From contig CBFFRQ010000056.1 in the NCBI GenBank assembly GCA_965644315.1, positions 186,001-250,000 on the forward strand: 64,000 nt of DNA, read 5' to 3'. The DNA comes from Caecitellus pseudoparvulus. Lineage: Eukaryota > Protista > Bigyra: Bicosoecida. The notes beneath the pieces were generated by a model. The model ran no database searches and was not told where the DNA came from. It saw only the letters and a program-made list of their open reading frames with translations. The stretch's first letter is position 1. Every line of letters begins with the position of its first letter. The translations under genes and the position numbers were made by a program. Below are positions 1-13,700 of this stretch, in pieces.

Positions 1-420
1 GGGTTGCCGTGCCTTGGCGTTGGGATGACCCCCTGCACGGGGACCACGACCTGCGCCACCACCTCGAGTTTTCCCAGGTGGAAATCGCGCAGACCGCCAC
101 CCATCGCCATGTTCCTGTCCATACTGTGCAGCAAGCGGGTGTGCAGTTCGTATGGCGCTCAGAAAGCCCAGCGCAGTCTCCCAGCATGGTCGCCCAGCGA
201 CGCTAAACCGACTCACACCTTGCCCGCCGACAGGCGCAGTGGAAGCCAGCCTTGCGCTGGAACTTCGACTTTCTCCACTGTATGCCACTCGTAACAGCGC
301 GTCTGCAGCTGCACTGGTTCGCTGCGCATCCTCAATGCCCCTAGCCACGGCTCCCGCTCCCTGGGCTGAACGGTGGTGGTGGGAGCTGCCCCACCGCCTG
401 CCGTCCCCCCTGCCAGCCAT
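1..420 (-). CDS. Hypothetical protein, 5' part only (runs off the left edge)
   Basis: ATG at 420 opens a stop-free frame (MAGRGDGRRWGSSHHH...) to base 1. A possible in-frame GT-AG intron lies at 216..124. No recognisable domain. Confidence 0.35.
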   Translation of the reverse strand, partial: MAGRGDGRRWGSSHHHRSAQGAGAVARGIEDAQRTSAAADALLRVAYSGESRSSSARLASTAPVGGQGVSRFSVAGRPCWETALGFLSAIRTAHPLAAQYGQEHGDGWRSARFPPGKTRGGGAGRGPRAGGHPNAKARQP

Positions 421-524
421 GCCGGCGTGAATGCCGAGCCTGCACCTTGCCTGGTCTGCAGGGCAGCAAGTGGTGCAGGTGCATCCCTGTATCGCGGGAG
501 CAGTGTATTTTGCGCACAGCAGCC

Positions 525-1814
525 TCAAGCCGAGCCGCCACCCTGGCCGGCGGCAGCAGCCAACTCGCCAGCCGGCGTCACGACGAGCTTGCGTGCGCGC
601 ACAGAGGCAGGCAGGGCTCGCTTGCGCTGCCCCTCCCCGCCCTCCCCCTCTGCCTGCGCCGCCAGAGCCAGGGCCTCCTCCTCCGCGTCCGCCTGCGCCG
701 CCGCCAGCAGCTGCGCCATGCCAGCCACCGCCTTGGGCAGGTGCGCCGCCGGGAACACCAACACCCGGCGCTTGCTCTGCACTGCCGCGCCTTCTGCAAC
801 TGCGCCCTCGGCGGCTGCCGCCCCGCCACCCTCCACGGTGAAGGCGAAGGAGAGAGAGGCGCCTGCCTCCAGCAACTCCTCCTCAAAGTGCAAGTACCGC
901 TCCGTGAACACAGACGTGGGCTTGGCGCTGGCCAGGGCCCCGCCGACAAGCACCTCCTCGCCGTCCTCGTCGCTGCCTGAGCCGCTGCCTGAGCTGTCCT
1001 CCTCATCCCCCGTGCGTGCGCGCTTGGCGGGGGGGGCCATGGGCGCTTCTGGCGCGACGCGCTGCTTGTCCATGAAGCATGGGGCGATCAACACGAACCG
1101 CTTGAAGTGGAACTGCTGCTTGTGCTCCTCGGAAATCTGCAGTTGTGCCGGAGGGGGTGGGTTGTGTTTGGGGGCACGGCGGAATCTCCTTGCTCACTGC
1201 AGCCTCGCCCTCACCTCGTTCTCACGAGCCCACGCCAAGTCGTCCATCAGGCACGAGTACAGCGTGGGCGCGATCTCAGGTGGCATGTTCAGCATGCGCT
1301 CGCTCAGGATCAGCCCCGTCGCGCCGTCCTCAGCGTCCCAGGCCTTGGCCAGAGCGGACCGCTTCACCGCACTGGGCGCCTTGCCCAGCAAGTACTTGCG
1401 GACCGCCTTCAGACTGGACGCGGCAGCGTGTCGAGAGACGTTCAGCGCCGTGGCAAAGGCGTAGGCATCGCCGCCCTCCTCGTGCGGCACCGTCACCATG
1501 GTGCCCACAGACGCCTGCGCCACAATGAGGTCAGCCAGGCCGCTGGCGTCGAAGGTCTTCTCCTCGCCGGGCAGCAGGTGCTCCACCAGGCGCCGGACGG
1601 ACTTGAAGTGCACTGGGCGCGGGTCCACGAAGTCAAAGTCGACGTCCAGCAGGTCGTCCTCCTCCCCGTCCTCGCTCATGTCGCCCAGCTCGGCGGCGGT
1701 GGCGGCCAGGTCAAGCCCCTCTTCGTCACTCTCAGTGCCAGAGGAGTCAAAGTCCACCTCCAGCTGGGCCTTGTCCGACATCCCACCGCCTCGTTTGTGC
1801 CCTGCGTCAGCCAT
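525..1814 (-). CDS. BCP1: BCCIP/Bcp1 (p21-C-terminal-binding family) protein
   Basis: Acidic N-terminus, then DVDFDFVDP..HFKSVRRL, LADLIVAQASVGTMV and GLILSERMLNMPPEIAPTLY. Intron 1214..1137 (78 nt, GT-AG) joins ENE|ISEEHKQQFHFKRFVLIA in frame to the stop at 525. Confidence 0.85.
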
Positions 1815-2163
1815 CGTTCCCCTCAGTCTGCGCCGCGCAGAGTGCGGATTGTTCAGGCACCTGCGGAAATCGATTCCCAGCCCTGCACGAGAAGCTGCAC
1901 AGACGCCAGCAACGGTGAGGTCGCCGTGATCAGATACAGCATGAGAAGGTGGCTTTTGTGCCCATGAATGGCACTGTTGGAGAACAGTGCATTTGTGTTG
2001 TAATTTGACTGACCCGCAAGCCTGCGCTGTGAGACGCGCTGTTTTCGTTGCCTCAATTGCACCGACAAAATGCACAGACAGCCGGAAAAATCCGAGCAGG
2101 ATTGCCCTTTTAGAGTATCAAAGTTGCATTTGATCCCCCAGGTGTCAGGTGGTTCGACAGGGA

Positions 2164-3036
2164 ATGGCCCGGGCGCTGGCGGCGTGCGGCCGCGTGATTC
2201 GCAGGCGGCTTGCAGCACCCCTTAGACACTGCTGGGCCCAAGCCAGCTCGGCTTCCAGCGGAAAGCAGCTGGCAGCGGATATTGCCGTGTATGGCGGATG
2301 TGCAGCGTTCATTGCGTACAGCGGACTGGAGCTGTACAAGCTGTACACAGACTTCCCAGAAGGATGCCAGGTGCGGGTCTGCGGTAATTGCATCGCAGCC
2401 TTCCTTTCCAGCACTGCCCCCTGCGCCACAGGCCGTGATGGAGCAAGTGAAGCGTTCCCCACAAATGCAGGAGTTGTTTGGGGGCGACGTGTCCCGGGCT
2501 GGGGGTTGGGTGGGTGCGTCCCGCAGCGTCGGTGCTACGTCACTGCACCGTGCGTGGTGCTGCTGCTTCCTTCGCAGAGCGGCATGTGGGAGGGGCGTGT
2601 GGAGGAGGCCCGCATGAACGTGATGATCCCCGTGAAGGGCCCCGCCGCAGAGGGCGAAGTGCACTGCGCTGCCATCAAGGACGCTGATGGGGTGTGGGTG
2701 GTGCTGGTGCTGGAGGTGCACGTGCTGCGCACAGCGCTGTCGCCGCCCCAACTCCACGCCCTCGCGACGGGCAAGGCGACGGACCTGGAGGCTGGAGCCG
2801 GCCCTGCAGCCCCTGAAGTGCCGTCTGGCAGCACGCCCGTGCTGGTCTTCGACCTCATGCACAACGTGTGGCTGAACGACAGCTACGTCATCGGCGCCGA
2901 GACTGCCACTGCGGCGGACGAGGCCAAGACCAAGGCGCGAGTTGTGGTCGTGCCGCCATCCCAGCAACACAGTCCCGAGACACAGACCGGTGCTCCGCCC
3001 ACTGGCAGCACTGTGCAGCGTGCGCCTGCGTCGTGA
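2164..3036 (+). CDS. Mitochondrial COA1/TIM21-like inner-membrane protein
   Basis: Arg/Ala-rich presequence and one TM. The spliced product reads AVMEQVKRSPQMQELFGG...ARMNVMIPVKGPAAEGEVHCAAIK...WVVLVLEV, a COA1-like IPVxGP motif. Introns 2371..2431 and 2510..2577. Confidence 0.65.
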   Translation: MARALAACGRVIRRRLAAPLRHCWAQASSASSGKQLAADIAVYGGCAAFIAYSGLELYKLYTDFPEGCQVRVCGNCIAAFLSSTAPCATGRDGASEAFPTNAGVVWGRRVPGWGLGGCVPQRRCYVTAPCVVLLLPSQSGMWEGRVEEARMNVMIPVKGPAAEGEVHCAAIKDADGVWVVLVLEVHVLRTALSPPQLHALATGKATDLEAGAGPAAPEVPSGSTPVLVFDLMHNVWLNDSYVIGAETATAADEAKTKARVVVVPPSQQHSPETQTGAPPTGSTVQRAPAS

Positions 3037-3060
3037 ATGCATGCAGATGGCTGACCTGCA

Positions 3061-4692
3061 TCACCGCGTGACGCCAGCCCCCCCCAGCGCACGAGGACGA
3101 GGGGGGCCCCCACCCGCAGCACCACGCACTTGTGTCGCTGGAGATGGGTGTGGAGACACCTCCCGCCCTGCCTGGCGTGGGTGCACCTGCCTCTGCCCAG
3201 CACCCGGCTCCTGCACACCCGCCTGCTCAGCGGAGCGCTTGGACCCGCCAAGCGCCGGTGGAGTCACCGTGTCCACCCCTGGGCCAGCAGCTGCCAGAGC
3301 TTGTGGTGGTGATGGTGTGCCGCCCTTGGGAGGCAGACCTAGCTTCGCCCGGATACTGTCCACGTGCACTGGCGCCACGGCAGCGGCAGCGGGGTGGGGC
3401 GCATCACACGCCGCGGGGGGGCCCAGGCGCAGGCGGATGTGCTGCTGCAAGGCATCTGGAGCACCTTCTGCGGTGTCCCCTCTCTCCCTGGCTTGCTGCT
3501 CCTCCTCCTGAGCCAGGGCCGCCGCGCACTGCTCGTCGGAGGGGAGCTGACTCGGCGACACGCCCTGCTTCAGCAGCTGCAGGCGCCAGGTGAAGTACTG
3601 CATGTCGATGTGCACTGCGTCGGGGTTGCACTTGCACCTGCGCGTGGCTGCAGCCTCTCCCAGAGGCACCCACGCCTCAGAAGCGAAGTTTACCGCCTCG
3701 GCAATGTTCACACCCGCGTTGAACCCGGCGTGGTAGCCTTTCGGGAAGGTGATGACAAACTCGCCCTCCCGCTGCACGGCCGTGCAGTAGGGCACATTGG
3801 AGGCCTTCAGGATGGAGGGCGACATCATGCTGGTCTTGTGGCGCAAGTACTCCCGACAGCCCTGCGCCTCCTCTGTGAAGAAGCCAGCGGCAGCCGCCTC
3901 GAACCGCCCAGCGGAGGCGCACGGCACGGCGTACCAGCACTTGGGCAAGCCAGAGTGCAAGTAGTTGATGGAGAAGAGGTCCATGTCTTCCTTGTGCCAT
4001 GCGAACATGCTGCGCCAGGTGCCAAAGTACAGCATGGCGCGTGTGATGCCGCCCAGCGCCTTGCCGGCACACTGAGACAGCACGGTGTCCAGCTTGTCCA
4101 GGTTCCACCCACTGGCAGCCTGGTCACACATCAGGCTGCCCAGAACGTCGGCGCCGTACTGCGGGGGCTTGGCGTATGTTGAAATGGACTTCCAAAACGC
4201 CCGCTCCATATCCTCGAACGACGCCTCGGCAGCTGGCGCACGGCACGGCGTGAGGTGCGTGGCGAGGCGGTGACATGGTGCTAGTGTTGTCGACAAAGCG
4301 TCACTCACGGTCAAACGGCGGCGGGGTCTTGCTGCCTCGACGCAGGAATCGCCGCGCTGGCACAGGCTTCAGGTCCACAATGCCAAGCCGATACGCCCCG
4401 CGCCCGGCCCGGCCAATGGCTTGCTGAATGGGGGTCAAGGTCAGTGTGTCGATTGTTGCATGCTGCTTGCGTTTGGAAAACGACGCCCAGCCTGCTGGTG
4501 GCACCACCTGTAGCGCGGAGGAGGCCAGTGAAGGCAGCGTGGCATGGTGCGGAAATTGCATGCTTGGACTCGCACAGCGCCAGGCCGCACCTTCACGATC
4601 CCATGCAGCATGCCCAGGTCTGTGATGGATGCAATGTACGCATTGAAGTCTTTGAACTCCTCCAAGGAGGGTCGAAGCGTGGGCGCCTCCAT
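3061..4692 (-). CDS. JmjN+JmjC histone demethylase, KDM4/Rph1 type
   Basis: JmjN APTLRPSLEEFKDF..GIVK|VVPPAGW. JmjC YGAD, WNL, MLYFGTWRSMFAWHKED, YHAGFNAGVNIAEAVNFA with an intact HxE...H iron triad. KDM4-type zinc ligands CxxxLRHK and CKC. Introns 4590..4508 and 4308..4233. Confidence 0.9.
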
Positions 4693-4900
4693 GGTGGGGT
4701 GGGCCGCGACGCAAGTCGGAGTGGGGATTGGACCTCGTTTCAAGCAGTTTTTCTAGCCAAGGCAGGCCCAAGATGGTAGGGTACGGTGCACACGTGCAGA
4801 TGCTGGGTTGAGAATAACCTGGATTTTTGATTCATTAAGTTTGGATTCGCTTTTGCCTGCCTGAGCCGCGCACAACACGCTGCATTGGAGAGGCGAGCAA

Positions 4901-7220
4901 CTAAGGCGAAGGCATGGACGGCGCCCAAGCGGTGGACGAGCCCGCCCCACCCACACCCCACGGGCCATCGGGCGACACCACATGAGTCCCGCCCTTGGCT
5001 GCAGCTGCCGCTGCCATGGCAATGTAGTCCACGCCTGCCTCGCTCTGCTGCGCGGCACCGGCTGAGTACGCCGCACCCCACAGCGAAGCCAGGCTGAAGC
5101 CCCATGAGGCGGCAGGCGCGTTCCGCTGGGGAGGTGACCCCCCTGACTCGGGATCGTCATGGAGGGAGGCCTGTTGGTGCACTGGCTGCCCGTTGAGGCT
5201 GGCGTCTGTGGAGGGGGCAAGTGCCGGTCCCGACGCTCCACTGTCTGCGGCGTACATCTGCTCTGGCTGAGCCCGTGCCAGGGGGGATGACACACGCAGG
5301 TGGGGGACCTCACCTCGTGCAACAGGTGGAATGGGAGACAGCCCCAGGCCTGCCCGGATCCACGTAGGGCTGAGTGAGGGTGAAGACAGGGCGGTGGACA
5401 GGGTAGGTGAGGTGGGCAAGTGCCCCGCAGGGGCCGATCGGGCTGGAGTAGCAAAGGCCAGCACCCGAGCGGTCTCTGTGGCGCTGTCTGAGCGCCGCTG
5501 CCGCCCTGTTGCTGCGGCGAGGGCACGCCCCAAGCTCCAAGCCTCCCCCCTCGCCCGCACCTGGCCAGCAGAGGGGGGGCTTGTCAACGCCGACCCCAGC
5601 AAGGGCGAAGCGGAGGCAGGGCTTGGGGTTGAGGAGGCACGGCCAGTGCTGGGGGCTTGTGACGATGCCTGGCCAGTGCTGGGAGTCAGGGAAGACACTC
5701 CTGACGAGTCGCCCTGCGACGTGCTGGCTTGCTCGGCACAGTCCTGCGCGTCAAATCCATGCTCTACCTCCTGCTCCTGCTCGCACGCCGCAGCGAGGGG
5801 CGGGGAGGGGGGCTTGTGGGTAAGCGGGCTCTCTTGTTCGCCGACTTCCTCCACAGCTGGCAGGGACGGGGTGGGTGTGGTGCGGGGAGGGCGCGGTCGG
5901 GGAGGCGGCGAGGTGAAGACGTGTCCAGTCTGCACGTCGCTGGGGCGCGAGGCGGAGCCTGGGGCCAGCACGGCCGAGCCCTGGCTGTCTGAGCCCCGGT
6001 GAAGACGACGGACGTAGGCGGCAGGGAGGTCGCCCGTTCGGACGGGTGCCTTGTGGCTCTGGAGCAAGGGCGTCTTCAGTCCTTCCACCGGCCCGGCCTC
6101 GAGGGCTGGAGCCCGCACATCACGAGCTACAGAGGCGGCGAAGGACAGTTGCGAAATAAAGGGGGTTAATGCTATGCACAGCAGACAACTTGCTGCGCCG
6201 ACGACGGCGAGGGAGAGCTCCACAGAGGCAGACTGGACGGCGCCAGAGAGCAGGCAGGGTGCAGACGCGACGGCCAACAGCGCAGCGGCAGCCAGGCACA
6301 TCCACCGCTTCCACGAAGAAGAGAGGAGCGTGCCATACTCTGCCACTGTCGCCCCGTCTGCCGCTGCATCTCCCGCGAGCAGCATCACCGGCATTTCCGG
6401 AGCCACTCTGGCCCCGCTCGCCTCCACGCCACCGAAAACTGATGGCGTAACGTCTGCCACCGGAGTCTTCATCTGAGCCTGTTCGTGCTCAGCTCGAAGC
6501 TTGTCAGTGAAGAGGAGGGAGAGGAAGCACTGCTGCACCGCGTACTTGACCAACGCCTGCCTCCACTCTGCTTGCTTCGTGCTTCTGCCGCTGCCGTTAG
6601 CAGGCACGAGCCCAGCGACGTCGGACCACTCCTGAGGGAGCAGCACTGATTCCAAATGAGCGTGAGGTGCAGGGATCACGCCATTTGATACCTTTTCTGT
6701 GCTGCGCTTCACAACGTCCTGACCCAGCGAGGCTCGCTGAAGCGCGGCCAGGACCAAGGCAAGCTGGCGTTGCAGCTGCGTTTCGGGAATCTCAGCTGCC
6801 GCGATGCTGCGCCCCAAGGCCACCTGCGAAAGCAAGTTCCGAAACAGATTCCTGGATGCTATTCTATTTCTATGTCGCTCGACGTACGTTCGCATTCACC
6901 GCTGCCTGGACCTTTCCACGGCAGGCTTGCAGAGAAGCCACCACCCTGCTCTGGCGCTGGCTCTGCCGCCAGGTCACGAAGGCGCTGCTCAGGAGGACTG
7001 CAACGCAAGCCACCACCCAACATGGGAGCAGGACGTTGACAGATGCCCCAAACGCTTTCTGAAGCTGGGCGTGCAAGAAACCCTCGCCTGTTATCCAAAA
7101 AGCACCAAGCGCTGAGCACGCCAGAGCGGTCAGGTTGACCGCCACGGCCAGCCTGGCCTCTCCTCTGTGACCCAGCATCGCAAAGCACGGATACATCGGG
7201 TTGGATAGCAGGTGCTTCAT
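4901..7220 (-). CDS. Hypothetical multi-pass membrane protein with long Ser/Pro-rich tail
   Basis: ORF 6870..7220 (two hydrophobic segments) splices via GTACGT...CGCAG intron 6887..6824 (64 nt, phase 0) into ORF 4901..6895 (two more hydrophobic segments). Start codon uncertain. Confidence 0.55.
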
Positions 7221-7751
7221 TGCGTGTGTAACTCTTGGGAAGGTGGGTTTTTTCCCTTTCCTTTAGTGCGCCGATTGGCTGCTTCGCTGAACATTGACTG
7301 TCCCCTTGTTTTGCACGCTTCCTTGGCCAGGGCGAGGAAGGAATCGCAGACATCTGAAAATGTGAGTCCTGTTATGGTGTGTGGGTTCCGTAGTGCTGTG
7401 AGAATCTCTCGAGTACTATGCTGCGACCACCAATGAAGCAAACCAATTCCAAAGATGGTTTCAAATCACATCCAGAACCGTGTCAGGATTGCAAAAATGT
7501 GCGGATTGACCTGTTTTCTAACATTCAAAACAGCTGTGCTCTTCTTGGTTTCCTCCTCATCAACTCCAGGGCTGCGAAAGTGCAGCTTGCAGCTGCGCTC
7601 AGCGGTTGACTCAAACTCAATACCAGCGTGCAGTGGTCTGAGGCTCTGACAGGCCCGTAGTAGGCCTGACACAAGCTGGCATTGGAGATAGAACTAGCAT
7701 TTGTACGCAGCCCAACATCGGAAGGGTGCGGGTTGAGCCAGAAATCCCGGC

Positions 7752-10700
7752 ATGCGTGGACGAAACGCCAGCACAGCTGCAGCGCTGCTGTTGCTGCTGC
7801 TACTGCCGACACCTCAAGGCGAGGAAACGCTAACCTCGAGCATGCAGAGCAGCCAAGGCGCACATGGCCTGCTTCAGCGGGGTGGATCCTTTTCCAGGCC
7901 CCTGGGAGTGGATGGTAGTGGCACACACCGCCGGCGAAGGACAGCTGTTACAGAGCCTTGCAAGTCTGGCTGGCTTTGGGATGGGAACAAGTTCTGCTAC
8001 ATGGTCCAAGTCCGAAATAGCCAACCCAGCCTTTGCCCAGATTTTTCTCGGCTTGCCGCTTTCTCCAATGCCGCGGAGCTCACTGGCTTCATCGAAAATG
8101 TCTCCACTCACACAAACTGGACATCTGAAGCGTTCACCAGCTTCACGTCACAAAAAGCAAGTACTAGTGACGACACCAATGTCTTCTCCTTCCTTACACT
8201 GCCCCACTGGCGTGACCCAATTGCACTCACCCCTGCATCTCAAGGCGACTTTAGCTGGCTCCTGGGACCAGGTCAGCCAAGCGGCGCCGGGCCACGCACG
8301 TTGGAGGTCACAGTTGATGGTGATCTTGAAGTGGATGGAACAAAACTGAAGGATGAAACTGTCTTGTGCCAAATGTTGGGAGGAGGGCGCCCAGCTGAGT
8401 GTAAGCACGGCTGGACGTGGTACGGCGACCACTGCTGGAAAGTCATCACCCTTGAGCCTCATGGATATGCTGATTCTCTCTTCAGGCCTCGTTTTCCTGG
8501 GTCGTCAACGAGCATCACGGACGTTTGCTATGAAGCCGACCCAAGTGCGCATGTGGGAGGGTGGTATTCCGTGCAAGACAGGAACTCCCTTGAGCTGCTC
8601 GTGGAGGAAGCTGCAGACGGAACGCTAGTGGGACTTTCAGACGTGTTTTCAGAAGGCAGCCCACAGTGGGCGGCCGGTCGACCGAGCATGGCCTGGCATG
8701 GTCCCGTCCATCCTCCTGGACACGCCAACAACTACGATCGAAACTGGGCCGTTGCACAATCAGGCGGCAAGATTAAGTGGATTGGAGGAGGTGAATCAAT
8801 ATCCAAAGTCCTGTGCGAGATGCCAGCAGTGAGCATTCGCCGGAACACGTTCTGTGAATATGGCATGGTCCCACACCACGGAAAGTGCTTCGGATACCTG
8901 CCCCACGCCGGAACAGTGGAACAGTTGGAGGCCGCCTGCATTGACCATTTCCCTGACAGCCACTTGTACTTTCCTGACAATGAGAAGCAAGCCAAGTGGG
9001 TCGCCCACTTCATGGCGAGTGGACGAGAACTGGTCAGCGACTCTGAGGCAACAGCAGCCGACATTCACCTGGGTGCACTTCTGGGGGCAGGGGCGCCTTC
9101 AGCACTCCTCCTCTCCTCAGTTCGACTTAATGGAGAACCATTGGTGCTGCCAAACGCAACAAATCCGATGTGGGCAGGATCGTTTGCACCCCTGCACGTA
9201 TATACCTCTGGAGGTATATCGCTTGGCTCCAGCTCAAACCCCAGCACCGGCATGAAGCTCCGCGAGTCGTCTCCAACCTCGACAAAGCGGGGTGTTTGCG
9301 CCAGCAATCACAACGTGCGATGCCCTCGTGACGGCAACAAGTGGGTCGTATTTGGAAGGGTCTGCTACCTCGCGGTTGACACGCCACTTTCTTGGTGGGA
9401 TGCACAAGATGCATGCCGGGCAGTTGGCGGACATCTTGCCCAGCTCGACAGCACCACGAAGATGTGGTACGTGTCGACTTTCCTGCTCTCACCTGGGACT
9501 GATACAGTCTGGCTTGGAGGCATGAAGATTGGGTCGTCACCTGGAGTCACACTCTTTCCGAGCATGCAAGTCACTGGAACACCTCTTCCGCTATGGGGAT
9601 TCCCACCATCCACGTCAGGTGGGCCATGCTTGCAAGCCACGAACACCACTGCCACAACTCTTCATGCGGGTTGGACTCTTGGCACAGATGCATGTTCTAA
9701 GGCCGCGCCCAGCGTGTGTGAAATCGACACGGATGCGCAGGTAGCGTGCGGAGATACGAACATGGCCTCCTGGGGTGGAAAGTGCTACGCTGTGGAAACG
9801 ACACCGCGAACGTTCAACGATAGCGTGACACGGTGTGCAGCCAAAGGCGGCGCGCTTGCTAGCTTGGAATCCTTTACTGAGTGGCGTTGGGTCCGGAAGT
9901 ACATGTTCAAAGACTTGGATCCGCCTCCCACGGGCCCAACTGGTGTGTGGGTGTCTGCGACTCGCGCAACACTCGATGCTTCTTCACCTTGGGTGTGGGG
10001 GACAGGACATGAAGTCGGCTTCAATGACACCAACTATGTTCCTGTCGTGGTAGAGGGGACAAAGAATTACTTGTGTGGGCATGTGAGCTCCGAAGATGGG
10101 GAAATCAGCGAGAAAGATTGCAATACTCAGCTTCCGAGCATTTGCGAGATTCCCCTCAAACCGCGGTGTCCCCCAGGATGGACATGGTCTCCAGCCGGCA
10201 GGTGCCTTTCGCGGCTTGGCTCTAGTGTACAAAACTTCACTGCATCCAACGAGCTGTGCAGTCAAGCAGGTGCTGGGGGACAGCTTGCCGAGTGGCGCTC
10301 GTACTACGATTTCCTTCTCGTTGACGATGTTGTACGAGATGCTCCAAGTTGGGGCTGGTTGGGCGCACGGGAGCCGGCAAAAACCTTTGCAGAGGCGTTT
10401 GATCCCCCGCTTTCTTGGCTCAGCGGTAACGATGTAACCCTGGGGGGTATGCAACACCCCGCAACTGTGTATGGCACAAGCGGTGCCTGTGCGACAGGGC
10501 GCGCGCCGATTGGGGTATCCGTCTACTTGCATCATGACATATGCACTGTCCCGGCATCCGCTATTTGCCAAATCGATGCTAACTGGCACAAGCGAAACTC
10601 AACCAGTCTTGGCAAAGCCGATTTGTCATCGCTGATGAGCACCATGTGGATCTCGGCAGGATCGTCATCGCCCAGTGCATCGCCACTGCCCACGCCCACA

Positions 10701-13700
10701 CCCTCGCCATCTCGCACGGCGCCGCCCTCCACATCGCCGACGTCCACCGCCTCGCCATCCCACACGGCGCCGCCCTCCACATCGCCGACGTCCACCGCCT
10801 CGCCATCCCACACGGCGCCGCCCTCCACATCGCCGACGTCCACCGCCTCGCCATCCCACACGGCGCTGCCCTCCACATCGCCGACGTCCACGCCCTCGAC
10901 ATCTCGCACGGCGCTGCCCTCCACATCGCCGACGTCCACGCCCTCGACATCTCGCACGGCGCCGCCCTCCACATCGCCGACGTCCACCGCCCCGCCATCC
11001 CACACGGCGCCGCCCTCCACATCGCCGACGTCCACCGCCTCGCCATCCCACACGGCGCCGCCCTCCACATCGCCGACGTCCACCGCCCCGCCATCCCACA
11101 CGGCGCCGCCCTCCACATCGCCGACGTCCACCGCCTCGCCATCCCACACGGCGCCGCCCTCCACATCGCCGACGTCCACCGCCTCGCCATCCCACACGGC
11201 GCCGCCCTCCACATCGCCGACGTCCACCGCCCCGCCATCCCACACGGCGCCGCCCTCCACATCGCCGACGTCCACCGCCTCGCCATCCCTCACACCGCAA
11301 CCCACAACATCGCCCCTGTCCACGCCCACGCCCTCGGCATCCCACACACCGCAACCCACAACATCGCCAACGCCCACCGCCACGCCATCACACACTTTTA
11401 CACCTTCTCCCTCGCCATCCGAAGCAGCTTGGAGTTTGGAGTGGCGGCCTCCCTCGCAACGTGCGTGCTCGGAGCACGCTGCCTGTGGAGCATCCATTGG
11501 ATGGGACAGCAGTCAAACTGACCAATCAAGTTTTCCTCTTGGTTTAAATCGAAGGCTGACACCTGGTGTGGAGAGCTTCAGTGTTGCGCATTCAACACAT
11601 CCAGACGGCGTCGCTTTCCGCATCCGGTGGGAAACCGCATTCCCGCGGTCCGTTGGTGAGACACGTGTCACATGCAGACACAAGGGAGCTATCGTTCTGG
11701 ACGAGAACTTCGCCCCTGAGGCTGGGGCTACGACACCTTGGATTCACTTCGTGCCACCTCCAGAAGAGCTCGCACCATCTGAGGCAGCGCTGGACCGTCT
11801 GCTGATGGTGCAATGCGACTTGCAAACGCGCGACGCACAAGGACAGCTGGTTGAGTTTGGAAAGCAAAGCCAGCAGACCATTGCTGCGCCAGTGCGTCCC
11901 ATAGCATTTCCTCTTTTCATGGACATTGTCAGGCTGGCTCGCGGCCAGAGCGGCAATTCCATGCACCTCCGCGGGTTGTGGGGCGAGCAGGGCACCCAGG
12001 ATCACTTGCAAGCCACATCAATATCAAGTGGCAGTGAAGCTGCGACTGTGTGGGCCGCTTCCCATGCCCCCCCTCTCTTTGCCACATCCTCTGGCAAAGC
12101 AGCCAGCCTCGCCGAGACCCTCCTTCCAACACAGACGGATACACCCGCCTCGTACTCGATGACTCTCACCGCAACGGGAAACCAGACAGTGTACTTCATT
12201 GCCGACGTCGCACACAGAGGTGGCCTTCCAGGCACATCAACTTCTCCAGTCATGCAGCCGTTCGCTTTTGCTCCCGCCATGCGTGTGTGGCTTGGCTCGG
12301 CGGAGTGCATCGTGGAAGGGGTGAGCTGGAACGGCCTCATCGCGAAAGTGCGCCTGCCTCCGTACGAAAGCCTCTGCTCTTCGCCTGAAGCATGCTTTGG
12401 AGCGGCTGGGTATCGAAGCATTTGGTTGGCCAACCCACCCGTCATCCTCCCATCTTGGCACAGAGCAGTGCGAGTCACCCACGCCACACGCTCCTCAACT
12501 TCGCCAGACGGGTTCATCGGTTCCTCCCATGCGCTGTGGATGGAACATGCACGGATGTGGACACCAACATCAATAAGGGCTATGAATGGAACGCAGGGGG
12601 GCATCGTCAGCTGCGGCCATGCGTGTGCTGGGGTGAGGGCCGCCTCTGGCAGCACGTCCACGGCGCTGTACATCTCTGAGGAGTGCCTTGCCTTCCCTGC
12701 CCCTGGCCCGTGGTGCTTGGACCCAGCATCTGCTGCATCATGTGCATATGGATCAGGGGACTCTTGTGAGCCATGCGGAGAAGGCGCGCTCTGCCCTGGA
12801 GGCCACAGACGGTGGCCGCTGCCTGGATACTGGAGCGCGCAGGAGGCAGGAAGCGTTGTACGCTGCCCGCCACCAGCAGACAGATGCAAAGGCTGGAACA
12901 TGACAAGCCAAACTGTCGCGTGCTCGAATGGCTACACTGGGTTTATGTGCTCAAGGTGCGCTGGAGGCCACTTTCCCACAGCAACAGGCGAATGCGATCC
13001 CTGCCCGATCCGAGACGATCCCGTCCAGGCTTTCATGCAGCCGCTTCTGTACCTTGCCACAGCTGCGCTGGGGATATTCCTGGTCACAGCCGCAATAGTA
13101 TATGTAGTTATTGTCATCTGCTTGCAGGGGGAGCTGGCAGAGGGCATGAAGGCTGCTGGCCGCCTCGTGCTGAGCATGGTTGGCACGCTGCAGATCGTGG
13201 CTCAGGTTGGAAAGGGTGTGCAACCTGGAATGCCGGACATGCTGCTCCAGATGTACTCCATATTGGACCTCGTTCAGCTGGAAACCAGCGGTATCTCGCC
13301 TGCAGCCTGTCTTGCTGGGAGCGTATTCGCACAGGATGTTATCGTCTTCGGCTGCGTCATCTTCGTGTGTTGCGTCGTACTCGGTGCCCTTGCACTGGCG
13401 CGCATTTTCCCCAACAAGAACCTTCCTACCACCATCTCGAAGCGGAGCAAGCTGCCTCTTGGCGCCTTCCTGAAAGCAGGTATTCTTCTGCTGGCGCTGG
13501 CGGTTCCTCAAGTGGCCAACAGAGCAATTGCGATACTGTCCTGCACTCCGCTTCAAATCACCACCTCAACAGGCCAGGGGCAACTTTTCGTGCACTCTGA
13601 GTGGCGCATGCTATCTCAGCCAAGCCAGCTGTGTTTCGACGGCGAACACAGCCTCGCCTTTGGGCTGGCCTTTGTTGCTGTGATCCTGCACCTCGTTGCC

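Noticed and set aside
10532-11547. Repetitive ORFs in other frames over the mucin repeat
   Set aside because: By-products of a stop-free 48-nt repeat.
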